Positions 6,399-15,337 of a stretch of DNA of 25,948 bases are shown piece by piece. The notes below the pieces were generated by a model. It was not told the DNA's origin. It saw only the letters and a program-made list of their open reading frames with translations, and did not search any database. A program made the translations under genes and the position numbers. The stretch's first letter is position 1, and every line of letters starts with the position of its first letter. Source of the DNA: a virus (taxonomy: Duplodnaviria; Caudoviricetes); IMG/VR virus record IMGVR_UViG_3300050162_000033, positions 1-25,948 of that record, one strand, 5' to 3'.

Positions 6399-6736
6399 TG
6401 ATTGATGGAATAACAACGAACACTATTACGGTTTACAAAATACCAGCCCAAAATAATATGGATATGATAAATTTTTATCTTGAATCGCTGGGGCCTGGTA
6501 GGGGTCGAATAATCATTGAATGTTACGGTGAAATTTGGTCATCATTCTGGCCCGCCATGGGATGCTCTATTCATGAATTCGTTTATGAATGCCCATTAAG
6601 TTATCTGGTTACAAATCTGTTGCCACCAAAGAGAGCGACAAAAAAGGAAAAGGAATATCTCACAAAGATCTGCCAAATAGTTCGTGAGGCAATAGGTCAG
6701 GAATTCACGGAACTGGCAAATGAGGACGGTAAATAA
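6395..6736 (+). CDS. Conserved phage hypothetical protein
   Basis: D.I..YLE..GPGRGRI.IECYG..WS.FW.AMG resembles a recurrent phage family; ATGA coupling. Confidence 0.75.
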   Translation: MMIDGITTNTITVYKIPAQNNMDMINFYLESLGPGRGRIIIECYGEIWSSFWPAMGCSIHEFVYECPLSYLVTNLLPPKRATKKEKEYLTKICQIVREAIGQEFTELANEDGK

Positions 6737-7011
6737 TGGACACACACAAAGCAATGCGGCCGATCGATAAGGCTCTGATCGGATGTTTTGGTCGTGAATC
6801 GCCGGGCACGAGACTGGTGATTAGCGATGAAAAAGCCGGGATTATTGTTGATGCAATTGGCCGTGGAGTGTCGATTGATGATATAATCTATCAAATGTCA
6901 GCAAAAGGCAGAAGTGGTTCAGACAGAAAGCGGATAGCGAAAAACTTGCTACGGAGCCAGATTATACATGACGATGATCTGGCCCGAGAATTAATTCGGG
7001 CAATAGCCTAG
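6736..7011 (+). CDS. Hypothetical protein
   Basis: TAATG coupling and GAGGA RBS. Confidence 0.7.
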   Translation: MDTHKAMRPIDKALIGCFGRESPGTRLVISDEKAGIIVDAIGRGVSIDDIIYQMSAKGRSGSDRKRIAKNLLRSQIIHDDDLARELIRAIA

Positions 7012-7019
7012 GGGGAACG

Positions 7020-7292
7020 ATGAAAGAATGGACTAAGGCAGATCGAGCAGCAAATATTTATCCAGTGGCTGCGATGAAGGCTCAGTGCGAAAACAGAGCG
7101 ATCATTTTTACAGCGGTTGATCCTGAAGTTGGATATGTCGAATTTTACTATGAAGGGATGCCACAACAAGTATATTCAGGAACCGGTGCTGACGTCTTCA
7201 GTTGGTTCCACGGTGTGGATGAAGCTGACGAGGACATGTTAAAAGTTCAGGAGTTCCTGGACAAAAACACTGGCAAATCCATTTATGCCTAG
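7020..7292 (+). CDS. Hypothetical protein
   Basis: GGGGG RBS; fits the operon packing. Confidence 0.7.
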   Translation: MKEWTKADRAANIYPVAAMKAQCENRAIIFTAVDPEVGYVEFYYEGMPQQVYSGTGADVFSWFHGVDEADEDMLKVQEFLDKNTGKSIYA

Positions 7293-7824
7293 AAAATTCA
7301 AATGCCCTATATGTGGAGAGCCGTTCGAGAAAGAGCGGCCTTTCCAGAAGTGCTGCTCAATTCCCTGTGCTATCGAGATGGGGCGATCTGAAAAGCAGAA
7401 GAAAGAAAAAAAAGAGCTACGTGCTCGCAAAGCGGCTTTGAAAACCAGAGCCCAGTGGGCAAAGGAAGCTCAGGCGGCTTTCAATGCGTATATCAGGGCA
7501 AGGGATTGCGGCCAACCGTGCATCAGTTGCGGACGGTTTCATACCGGGCAAATCCACGCAGGCCACTATCTCAGCGTTGGAGCTCACCCGGAACTGAGAT
7601 TCAACGAAGACAATGTTCACGCACAATGTCGGCCTTGCAACGAATTTCTTTCCGGCAATATCGTAAACTACAGGCCACGACTGATCGACAAAATCGGTCT
7701 AGAAAGAGTGGAAATACTGGAAGGGCCACACGATCCGGTGAAGCACACAATCGATGAGCTGAAAGAGATCAAGCGGGTGTACAGTCTGAAAACGAAGGAA
7801 CTCAAGGGGGTGAGAAATGGTTAA
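7285..7824 (+). CDS. ninG: NinG/Rap family recombination endonuclease
   Basis: CPICG...CCSIPCA, AQAAFNAYIRARD..PCISCG, HAGHYLSVGAHPELRFNEDNVHAQC..CN..LSGN motifs. Confidence 0.95.
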   Translation: MPRKFKCPICGEPFEKERPFQKCCSIPCAIEMGRSEKQKKEKKELRARKAALKTRAQWAKEAQAAFNAYIRARDCGQPCISCGRFHTGQIHAGHYLSVGAHPELRFNEDNVHAQCRPCNEFLSGNIVNYRPRLIDKIGLERVEILEGPHDPVKHTIDELKEIKRVYSLKTKELKGVRNG

Positions 7825-8293
7825 ACCATCGAAAATGGGCAGGCCATCCAAGTTCAAAAAAGAATACATCGAGGCAATCATTGAGTTTTTTGATCGGGAG
7901 CCGAATCACGTTGTTGAGATAGTTGATGATGAGGGCAAGAAGACAATAGCAACCAATAAATTTGGTGATGCAATTCTTGTGCCGTGCAAGTTGCCAACGT
8001 TTGAGGCATTTGCAAGATCCATCGGGGTTCATCGAGAGACTGTACTCAATTGGGCAGAGGCAAACCCTGACTTTCTCGACGCCATAAAAAGGGCTAAAGA
8101 CATCCAAAAAGAGATCCTGATTCAGAACGGACTGCTTGGTGCATACGATCGGACTTTTGCAATTTTCACAGCTAAATGCGTGACCGATATGAGAGAGAAT
8201 GCGCCGGTTCAAGATGATGACGACATTCGCCCGGTGAAAGTTGAGATCAAGGTTCGGGACGCACGAAAGCCGCAGGAGATTGATGATGAGTGA
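7817..8293 (+). CDS. terS: Terminase small subunit
   Basis: GRPSKF N-terminus, HTH-like LPTFEAFARSIGVHRETVLNWAEANPDF; directly upstream of terL. Confidence 0.88.
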   Translation: MVKPSKMGRPSKFKKEYIEAIIEFFDREPNHVVEIVDDEGKKTIATNKFGDAILVPCKLPTFEAFARSIGVHRETVLNWAEANPDFLDAIKRAKDIQKEILIQNGLLGAYDRTFAIFTAKCVTDMRENAPVQDDDDIRPVKVEIKVRDARKPQEIDDE

Positions 8294-9578
8294 CGGGCCG
8301 CAGGCAAACATACCGCAAGCTGAGTTTCTAATGATGAAAAAGAAATTCAGGGCGTTTGTTGCTGGGTTCGGATCGGGAAAGACCTATGTGGGTTGCATGG
8401 GAATGTGCCAGCACTTCCTTGAATTTCCAAGGATCAATCAGGGTTACTTTGCTCCGACATATCCGCAGATCAGGGACATTTTCTACCCGACGATTCAAGA
8501 AGTAGCCGAACCGTTCGGCCTAAAAGTAAAAATCAAGACTGGAGACAAAGAGGTTGATTTCTATTCCGGCTCCAGATATCGCGGCACTGCCATTTGTCGA
8601 TCGATGGATAATCCCAGCAACATCGTCGGATTCAAGATCGGTCACGCACTTGTAGATGAGCTTGACGTAATGAGTCAAGAAAAGGCTCAGCTGGCATGGC
8701 GAAAGATCATCGCCCGAATGCGTTATCAAAGCCCCCAGCTAATGAACGGCATCGACGTGACAACAACGCCCGAGGGGTTCAAGTTCACATATCAGATGTT
8801 CGTTGAATCTATCGCAAGAGACGAAAAGATGAGCCGGTTCTATGGTCTTGTGCAGGCCAGCACATATGACAACGAGCTGAATCTACCAGATGATTACATC
8901 CCATCACTTGAAGCCACTTATCCAGCTGAATTGATCGACGCCTACTTGCGAGGTCAGTTCGTCAACTTGACATCCGGCACCGTCTATCGCTCATATAACC
9001 GGATCACGCACAGATCCAGTGAAGCCATTCAGAAAGGTGAGCCGCTTTTCATTGGGCAGGATTTCAACGTTGGGAAAATGGCGAGCGTTATCTATGTGAA
9101 ACGGTCGAGCGGGTATCACGCAGTCGCAGAACTCGCCGATCTTTTCGATACCCCGGACGTGATCCGGGTTATCACCGATCGATGGAAAAGTGAAGGCCAT
9201 CGGATCATCATGTACCCCGATGCCAGCGGGAAAAACAGAAAGACGGGTGACGCATCGCAGTCAGATCTGAACATGCTACACAACGCAGGGTTTGAACTGC
9301 GCGTGAACAATCGGAATCCGGCTGTAAAGGATCGGGTGCTAGCAACGAATGCGGCGTATGCCAAAGGATTGCTCTGGATAAATGATCGTGAGTGCCCAAC
9401 TTTCGCAAAATGCCAGGAGCAGCAGGCATACAATAAGGCTGGTGAGCCAGACAAAGAATCTGGATGTGACCACATGAATGATGCTGGGACATATCCAATC
9501 GCATTTGAAATGCCTATAATCAGGCCGAAGATCATTCACAATTCAGCACCAATGCCGATCACGACTAACTGGAGATAG
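8286..9578 (+). CDS. terL: Terminase large subunit
   Basis: Walker A AGFGSGKT, Walker B ALVDE, TTTPEG coupling motif, nuclease motifs GQDFN and DHMNDA. AGGAG RBS points to a start at 8283 or 8286. Confidence 0.96.
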   Translation: MSDGPQANIPQAEFLMMKKKFRAFVAGFGSGKTYVGCMGMCQHFLEFPRINQGYFAPTYPQIRDIFYPTIQEVAEPFGLKVKIKTGDKEVDFYSGSRYRGTAICRSMDNPSNIVGFKIGHALVDELDVMSQEKAQLAWRKIIARMRYQSPQLMNGIDVTTTPEGFKFTYQMFVESIARDEKMSRFYGLVQASTYDNELNLPDDYIPSLEATYPAELIDAYLRGQFVNLTSGTVYRSYNRITHRSSEAIQKGEPLFIGQDFNVGKMASVIYVKRSSGYHAVAELADLFDTPDVIRVITDRWKSEGHRIIMYPDASGKNRKTGDASQSDLNMLHNAGFELRVNNRNPAVKDRVLATNAAYAKGLLWINDRECPTFAKCQEQQAYNKAGEPDKESGCDHMNDAGTYPIAFEMPIIRPKIIHNSAPMPITTNWR

Positions 9579-9582
9579 CGCA

Positions 9583-11721
9583 ATGGCAATGACAAAAGAG
9601 GAGCGGCTTCAAATCGTACATGAAGAAGCCATTCGTGAGTTTGAGAAGATCCAGAGTGCAAGTCGTGACGAGCGATTGCAGTGCTTGCAGGATCGCCGGT
9701 TCTATTCAATATCGGGGGCGCAGTGGGAAGGCCCGCTTGGGGTGCAGTTTGAAAACAAGCCTCGATTTGAAGTGAATAAAATTCACCTGGCTGTCATTCG
9801 GATCATCAATGAGTACCGGAACAACCGGATCTCGGTTTCGTTTGTGAGCAAAGATGGCACTGATGCCGATCAGCTCGCCGATACTTGTGCGTCTCTGTAT
9901 CGAGCTGATGAACAGGATAGCGCAGCAGAGGAAGCGTATGACAATGCTTTCGAGGAGGCCGTTGGCGGCGGGTTCGGGGCTTGGCGTTTGCGGGCTTGCT
10001 ATGAAGACGAAGACGATGACGACAACGACAATCAGCGTGTGCGCATCGAACCGATTTTTGATGCCGACTCATCCGTTTTCTTTGATCTGAACGCCAAGCG
10101 ACAGGACAAAGCTGATGCAGCCCGGTGCTACGTGCTCACAGCTATGACGAGGGACGCATACAAAGATGAGTATGGCGAGGATATCCCGGCATCAATTCCA
10201 AAGCAGATCCATCAGCGCCAGTTCGACTGGTTGACGCCGGATGTCGTATATGTAGCCGAGTATTACAAGATCGAGAAAAAGAATGAGACTGTATATTCAT
10301 ACAGGGATGTAACGGGCGACAATCTTGAGAAGTACACAGACGAAGATTTTGAAAATGACGAAACACTGAAAGACACGCTGGATGCCACTGGCTGGCAGCT
10401 GGTGATGCAGAAGAAAGTCAAACGGTGCAGATGTCACAAGTACATCATCAACGGCGTCAAGGTACTGGAGGATTGCGGCTACATTGCCGGGCGATACATT
10501 CCAATCATCCCCGTTTTCGGGAAGCGCTGGTTTATCGACAACACGGAACGCATGATGGGCCATGTTCGGCTGGCAAAAGACGTTCAGCGACTGAAAAACA
10601 TGCAGTTGTCGAAAATCGCAGAGATCGCTGCATCATCGAGCACGAAAAAGCCAATCTTTGCTCCAGAACAGATCGCGGGGCATCAGCAAGCGTGGGCCGA
10701 CGACAACATCAAAAATTACCCGTATCTCCAGGTTAATCCAATGACAGATGGTAACGGCAGCGTGATCGCTACGGGCCCGACATCATATCTGGAGCCGCCG
10801 GAAGTACCACCAGCAATGGCCGCTTTGCTGCAAATCACAGAGCAGGACATGGCAGACCTACTTGGTAATCAGCAGCAAGCCGACAAGCTGGTATCGAATA
10901 TCGCCACTGAGACTGTGAACATGATCCAGGAGCGGCTGGACATGCAAACATTCATCTATGTTTCCAACTTTGCCAAGGCAATCAAGCGGTCTGGTGAAGT
11001 GTGGCTGTCTATGGCCAGGGAGATTTTCATTGAATCTGGCCGGAAGATGAAAGGAATTTCAGATTCTGGTTCGACCGAATCAATCGAGCTTAAAAAACCA
11101 ATGATGGGAGCTGGTGGTTCGGGCATGATGTTGACCAACGACTTATCAAAAGCCAATTTTGATATCGCCGTTGAAGTGGGCCCTTCATCATCGAGCAAGC
11201 GCAAAGCTACGGTAGATCAGCTACAGAAGATCATGACGAGTATCCAGGATCAGGAAACTCTGTCGGTTCTGTCGGCTCTGGTCATGATGAATCAGGATGG
11301 TGAGGGTTTGTCTGACACGCGTGACTACTTCCGCAAAAAACTGCTGAATCTTGGTGCAGTTAAGCCGACGCAACAGGAACAGATGGAAATGGCGCAGGCA
11401 GCGCAGAATGCAGCAAATCAACCACCTGACGCACAGACGCAATACTTGCAGGCAGCAGCGCAGCAGGCACAGGCGGCAGCAGTTCGGGATCGGTCAAATA
11501 CACTGCTAACACTTGCTAAGACTGACAACACGAAGGCCGACACGCTGGGTAAAATGGCAGAGATCGATCTCAAGGAACGGCAGCATGCTCTTGAGGTATT
11601 TGCACAAATGAACGATAATTCCAATGCGCTTGGCGGACAGGCTCCGGCAGTTGCACCCCAGGCTGGTGAGATGCCAGCACAACCCCAAAGCGGCTACACT
11701 CAGCCACCACAAAGTGAGTAG
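9583..11721 (+). CDS. P22-like portal protein
   Basis: 712 aa after terL; G.QW, P.FEVNK, AFEEAV.GG.GAWR, IPI.PV.G...G.VR.AKD.QRL.N motifs and a Gln/Ala-rich C-terminal barrel helix. Confidence 0.95.
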   Translation: MAMTKEERLQIVHEEAIREFEKIQSASRDERLQCLQDRRFYSISGAQWEGPLGVQFENKPRFEVNKIHLAVIRIINEYRNNRISVSFVSKDGTDADQLADTCASLYRADEQDSAAEEAYDNAFEEAVGGGFGAWRLRACYEDEDDDDNDNQRVRIEPIFDADSSVFFDLNAKRQDKADAARCYVLTAMTRDAYKDEYGEDIPASIPKQIHQRQFDWLTPDVVYVAEYYKIEKKNETVYSYRDVTGDNLEKYTDEDFENDETLKDTLDATGWQLVMQKKVKRCRCHKYIINGVKVLEDCGYIAGRYIPIIPVFGKRWFIDNTERMMGHVRLAKDVQRLKNMQLSKIAEIAASSSTKKPIFAPEQIAGHQQAWADDNIKNYPYLQVNPMTDGNGSVIATGPTSYLEPPEVPPAMAALLQITEQDMADLLGNQQQADKLVSNIATETVNMIQERLDMQTFIYVSNFAKAIKRSGEVWLSMAREIFIESGRKMKGISDSGSTESIELKKPMMGAGGSGMMLTNDLSKANFDIAVEVGPSSSSKRKATVDQLQKIMTSIQDQETLSVLSALVMMNQDGEGLSDTRDYFRKKLLNLGAVKPTQQEQMEMAQAAQNAANQPPDAQTQYLQAAAQQAQAAAVRDRSNTLLTLAKTDNTKADTLGKMAEIDLKERQHALEVFAQMNDNSNALGGQAPAVAPQAGEMPAQPQSGYTQPPQSE

Positions 11722-11726
11722 ATGAA

Positions 11727-12665
11727 ATGACAGAAGCGATGAAGAAATATGAAATCCTGGGTGATATCGAATTCGAGGAGGAGGAAGAAGAATCTGATGA
11801 ATTGATTCAAGATCCAAACTCCATCGATCTTGAAATTGATCAGGGTGATGACCCAGAAAGCGAAGAAGAACAAACTGGTGATTCAAAACAACCCGAACCA
11901 GAAGACGATGACGATGACGATGAAGAACTCCAAATCACCATCGGCAAGGAAAAGCCAGAGCCGGAAGATGCTGAACGCCAGACCGCCCCAAAGTGGGTTA
12001 AAGATCTGCGCAAGGAACACCGGGAAACTGTGCGGCGCAATCGACAGCTTGAAGAAGAAATCCAGAAGCTGAAAAATCCGCAAATCCAGCAAACAGACAT
12101 CGGGGCAAAACCAACGCTCGAATCATGCGAATTTGATCCGGATGTGTTTGAGCAAAAGCTTCTGGAATGGAATGGCAAAAAGCAATCGGCAGAACGGCAG
12201 AAACAGGCCGCAGAAGAAGAACAGCGAGCGCTGCAAGAGTCATACAAGCAGCGTCTTAGTAAGTATGAAACAGGTAAGGCAAGTCTAAAGGTCAAGGATT
12301 TTGATGAGGCCGAGGATGTAGTGAAGGATACTCTGTCCGTGATCCAGCAAGGGATCATTATTCAGGCAGCGGAAAATCCGGAGCTGGTTGTGTTGGCGCT
12401 TGGCCGCAATCCGAAGAAAGCAAAAGAAATCGCTGCAATAAAAGATCCCATTCAATGCACTGCTGCACTGATCCGACTGGAGGCTCAATTGAAAGTCACG
12501 ACGAAAAAGAAGTCACAAGTCCCACCACCAGAAAAAACTTTAAAGGGTTCGGGATCTCTGTCCGCATCAACCGATCGAACGCTGGAGCGGTTGCGGTCGG
12601 AAGCTGAGAAATCAGGGGATTATTCGAAAGTGATGGAATATAAGCGAAGCAAGAAGCAAAAATAA
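11727..12665 (+). CDS. Scaffolding protein
   Basis: Between portal and coat; very acidic N-terminus, coiled coil, KPTLE...FD motif, basic C-terminal helix-turn-helix. Confidence 0.88.
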   Translation: MTEAMKKYEILGDIEFEEEEEESDELIQDPNSIDLEIDQGDDPESEEEQTGDSKQPEPEDDDDDDEELQITIGKEKPEPEDAERQTAPKWVKDLRKEHRETVRRNRQLEEEIQKLKNPQIQQTDIGAKPTLESCEFDPDVFEQKLLEWNGKKQSAERQKQAAEEEQRALQESYKQRLSKYETGKASLKVKDFDEAEDVVKDTLSVIQQGIIIQAAENPELVVLALGRNPKKAKEIAAIKDPIQCTAALIRLEAQLKVTTKKKSQVPPPEKTLKGSGSLSASTDRTLERLRSEAEKSGDYSKVMEYKRSKKQK

Positions 12666-12694
12666 TTCCATTTGTAAAGTAATTTAGCTATAAT
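12666..12694 (+). promoter_or_regulatory. Putative promoter upstream of the coat gene
   Basis: Perfect TATAAT at 12689-12694 in AT-rich DNA; weak -35 TTCCAT 17 bp upstream. Confidence 0.5.
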
Positions 12695-12704
12695 ATTTTC
12701 GTCT

Positions 12705-12840
12705 ACTTGGTGATCGTTGTTAGTTGTGGTCACCAAGTCTAAAAGCCTCGCCAGCACAGGCAGTGAAATACATTAAGCGGCGTCCGTCCGGCCCTAATGG
12801 ATGAGTAAATAGGTAATTATTTCTCACTCACATAGGGCTA
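12705..12840 (+). ncRNA. Candidate structured 5' leader of the coat mRNA
   Basis: Stem ACTTGGTGA/TCACCAAGT (12705-13/12730-38) extended by G-U pairs; GCCCTA (12791-96) pairs with TAGGGC (12833-38) over the RBS; inner hairpin with a GUAA tetraloop. Confidence 0.45.
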
Positions 12841-12845
12841 TCAAC

Positions 12846-14111
12846 ATGGCAAATGAATTCAACAAAGAAGAGCGATTGGCTTGGGAACTCATGATGGAAG
12901 GGTTCCAAGATGCGATGGTTCTCTCCAAAAATGTCAGCACTTACAACACAGATTCCGTAACAATGGAGCGTACTGGTGATGCGATTTGGCGCCCACAGCC
13001 ATACATCGCCCAGGCATTCGATGGCTTAGATCAAACCAACAACTTCAAGCAATACACTCAGCTGTCAGTCCCGGCTACACTTGGTTTCAACAAGTCATCC
13101 CCTTGGGTGCTGGATGCAAAAGAATTGCGTGATGCATTGCAGGAACAGCGTTTGGGTCAGGCTGCAAAAAACAAACTTGCATCAGAAATCAATCGTGCAG
13201 TAATGAACGTTGCGGCATTGCAAGGCTCCCTGGTTGTTAAACGTACCGCAGCCGCCACAGGGTTCGATGATGTCGCATTGTGCGAAGCAATCATGAATGA
13301 GCAGGGTATCCCATTCGAAGATCGATTCCTGGCTCTGTCTACGCGTGACTATAACGGCATGGCGAGCAATCTTGCATCACGTCAAACAATGGCTGGCCGT
13401 CCAGAAACTGCATATGATCGCGCGTTTGTTGGTCAGGTCGCATCATTCGACACATTCAAGCTGGATTACGCAAACCGTCTGACCGCAGCCGCTGGCTCAG
13501 GCATCACCATCAATACCACCGATGCGGGCGCTCAGTTCTACACGCCGAAAGCAACGTCTGTTGCGGCCACTGGCGAACGTTCAAACGTAGACAACCGATT
13601 CCAGCAGGTTACAGTCAACTCAACAACCAACGTTGTTGCGGGCGATTGTTTCACTATTACTGGTGTCAATGCAGTGCATCACATCACCAAGCAGGACACT
13701 GGCCAGTTAAAAACTTTCCGGGTGATCTCTGTCGATTCATCAACTCAGATGACTATTTGCCCGCCACTGATCACTAATCAGGTGCCTAATGATTCATCTG
13801 CCTCTTACCAAAATAGCGTAGTGAACACCAAGGCATCAAACAGCGCTATCGTGTGGCTGAATACCGTGTCAGCATACGCAAACCCATTCTGGCAGAAAGA
13901 CGCAATTGAGTTGCTGCCAGGTCGTTTGGCCGTCCCAACTGATGCAGGAACCGCAGTTTTGCGCGCAACTACCGATCAGGGGATTGAACTGGTTTGGCAG
14001 AAGTTTTACGACATCAACACCGCCAAAACAAAATACCGTCTCGATACTTTGTTCGGGGTGGTCAATAAGCAGCCAGAAATGTCCGGGTTGATCCTTTTCG
14101 GTCAGTCATAA
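12846..14111 (+). CDS. Major capsid protein (P22 gp5-like)
   Basis: 421 aa; M.R.GD..WRPQPY, D...LRD, AGD.F.I.GV..VH.I.K..TG.L.TFRV and R.D.L.GV...QPEM.G motifs. Confidence 0.96.
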   Translation: MANEFNKEERLAWELMMEGFQDAMVLSKNVSTYNTDSVTMERTGDAIWRPQPYIAQAFDGLDQTNNFKQYTQLSVPATLGFNKSSPWVLDAKELRDALQEQRLGQAAKNKLASEINRAVMNVAALQGSLVVKRTAAATGFDDVALCEAIMNEQGIPFEDRFLALSTRDYNGMASNLASRQTMAGRPETAYDRAFVGQVASFDTFKLDYANRLTAAAGSGITINTTDAGAQFYTPKATSVAATGERSNVDNRFQQVTVNSTTNVVAGDCFTITGVNAVHHITKQDTGQLKTFRVISVDSSTQMTICPPLITNQVPNDSSASYQNSVVNTKASNSAIVWLNTVSAYANPFWQKDAIELLPGRLAVPTDAGTAVLRATTDQGIELVWQKFYDINTAKTKYRLDTLFGVVNKQPEMSGLILFGQS

Positions 14112-14114
14112 CAT

Positions 14115-14150
14115 TGAATAACAGCGCCCGGCAAGTCCGGGCATTGTTCA
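14115..14150 (+). terminator. Hairpin after the coat gene (weak terminator or RNA-stabilising stem)
   Basis: GCCCGG-caagt-CCGGGC at 14126-14142, extendable; poor U-tract (ATTGTT). Confidence 0.5.
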
Positions 14151-14168
14151 CTAAATTGGAGAAAGATC

Positions 14169-14783
14169 ATGCCTTCATTATTGGTTCCAGCATTTGGCAG
14201 CGCAACGGTCACAGTTCCAGCCGCCGCTTCCGTGTCAGTTTGGACTCTCGGCACTGCCAAAGTCTATCAGACTGGGAATTATCCACAGCACGTACAAACC
14301 AAAAGCCTGCTTGGCACTGTAGCAGCAAATGTTACTGTCCCTGTTGTGTTTGGCCCGTACGCATCAGGCGCGACACTGGTCATTGAATCACAGAATCAGC
14401 CCGTTTACTACGAAATTGGCACAGCCTCTCAGGTTCAATACGCGCTACCGTCAGCCGGGTATCAGCCAACCCCGATCGCATTAAATGCCACTGGTGCTCT
14501 GACCGCTGCAATGATTCTCGCTGGTATCGTGACATCAACCACCGCCGCCGCAGTAACTGGCACGCTGCCAACCGGTACGGTTCTCGATGCTGCAAGCACA
14601 TTTGCGATTGGTGATTCAGTCGATTGGTCTGTTATCAACACCGGCGCGACGAATGCTTTCACTGTCGCAGCAGCAACTGGTCACACGATTGTCGGGAGCG
14701 CCGCCGTTGCTCTATCGGCATCAGGAAATTTCCGCACTCAAAAAACAGCAGCAAACACTTTCGTCACATATCGCCTGTCGTAA
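14169..14783 (+). CDS. Putative capsid decoration/structural protein
   Basis: Ala/Thr/Val-rich beta-strand composition; directly after coat and within the same terminator-bounded unit; GGAG RBS. Confidence 0.65.
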   Translation: MPSLLVPAFGSATVTVPAAASVSVWTLGTAKVYQTGNYPQHVQTKSLLGTVAANVTVPVVFGPYASGATLVIESQNQPVYYEIGTASQVQYALPSAGYQPTPIALNATGALTAAMILAGIVTSTTAAAVTGTLPTGTVLDAASTFAIGDSVDWSVINTGATNAFTVAAATGHTIVGSAAVALSASGNFRTQKTAANTFVTYRLS

Positions 14784-14786
14784 ATC

Positions 14787-14815
14787 AAGGCCGGGGAAGC
14801 CCGGCTTTTCTTATT
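14787..14815 (+). terminator. Rho-independent terminator
   Basis: GCCGGG-gaag-CCCGGC followed by TTTTCTTATT. Confidence 0.85.
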
Positions 14816-14825
14816 GGGGGTAGCC

Positions 14826-14966
14826 ATGCCACTCAAATCAGGTTCAAGCCGGAAAGCCATCTCTGGCAACATCAAAAAAGAAATCGCAGCAGGTAAGCTG
14901 AAAAATCAGGCCGTGGCTATCGCTATGGACAAAGCAGGCAAATCAAAGAAGCGGGGTAAAAAGTAA
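14826..14966 (+). CDS. 46-aa basic protein (MPLK...QAVAIA type; not in ORF track)
   Basis: [46 protein letters not shown]; GGGGG RBS; TAATG coupling to the next gene. Confidence 0.85.
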   Translation: MPLKSGSSRKAISGNIKKEIAAGKLKNQAVAIAMDKAGKSKKRGKK

Positions 14967-15337
14967 TGGACTATCCACTGATGGTATTTAAGGGTAATGG
15001 CCCATACGAACGCGAAAGCGGCACATATGACTACAAGTCAGTTGATTCTGATGAGTCATATCAATCTGCAATTTCAGCCGGGTGGTTCCCGTCTTTGCCA
15101 GAAGCAATTGACGGTTTTCTGAATGACACAACGCCAGCGACACGGGCAGAACTCGAAGCCAAAGCAAAAGAGTTGGGCATCCCATTCACCGCCAAAACTA
15201 AAGATTCAAAACTGGAAAAGCTAATCAATGATGTTTTGACCGAAGATGCGGACGATGTGGCTACAACAACAGAAGCAGCAACTGAAACAGCCACAACCGA
15301 ACAGGCAGCAGAAGAAGTGCAGGCTGGTGCTGTATGA
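14966..15337 (+). CDS. Hypothetical protein with a HeH/LEM-like helical motif
   Basis: TRAELEAKAKELGIPF...KLEKLI; acidic Thr/Ala tail; lies before gp4. Confidence 0.7.
   Translation: MDYPLMVFKGNGPYERESGTYDYKSVDSDESYQSAISAGWFPSLPEAIDGFLNDTTPATRAELEAKAKELGIPFTAKTKDSKLEKLINDVLTEDADDVATTTEAATETATTEQAAEEVQAGAV

Noticed and set aside
7303-7313. Third GCCCTATAT copy inside ninG as a hidden late promoter
   Set aside because: It encodes the conserved Cys-Pro-Ile-Cys knuckle, lacks the final T of the -10, and has no convincing -35 or downstream cassette similarity.
11770-11930. GAN-rich trinucleotide runs as a repeat element
   Set aside because: Explained by the acidic, disordered N-terminus typical of scaffolding proteins.
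14109-14386. Read-through or frameshift extension of the coat protein, or ORF 14114-14386
   Set aside because: A second in-frame stop follows two codons after the coat stop, no slippery site is evident, and the ORF overlaps the better gene at 14169.
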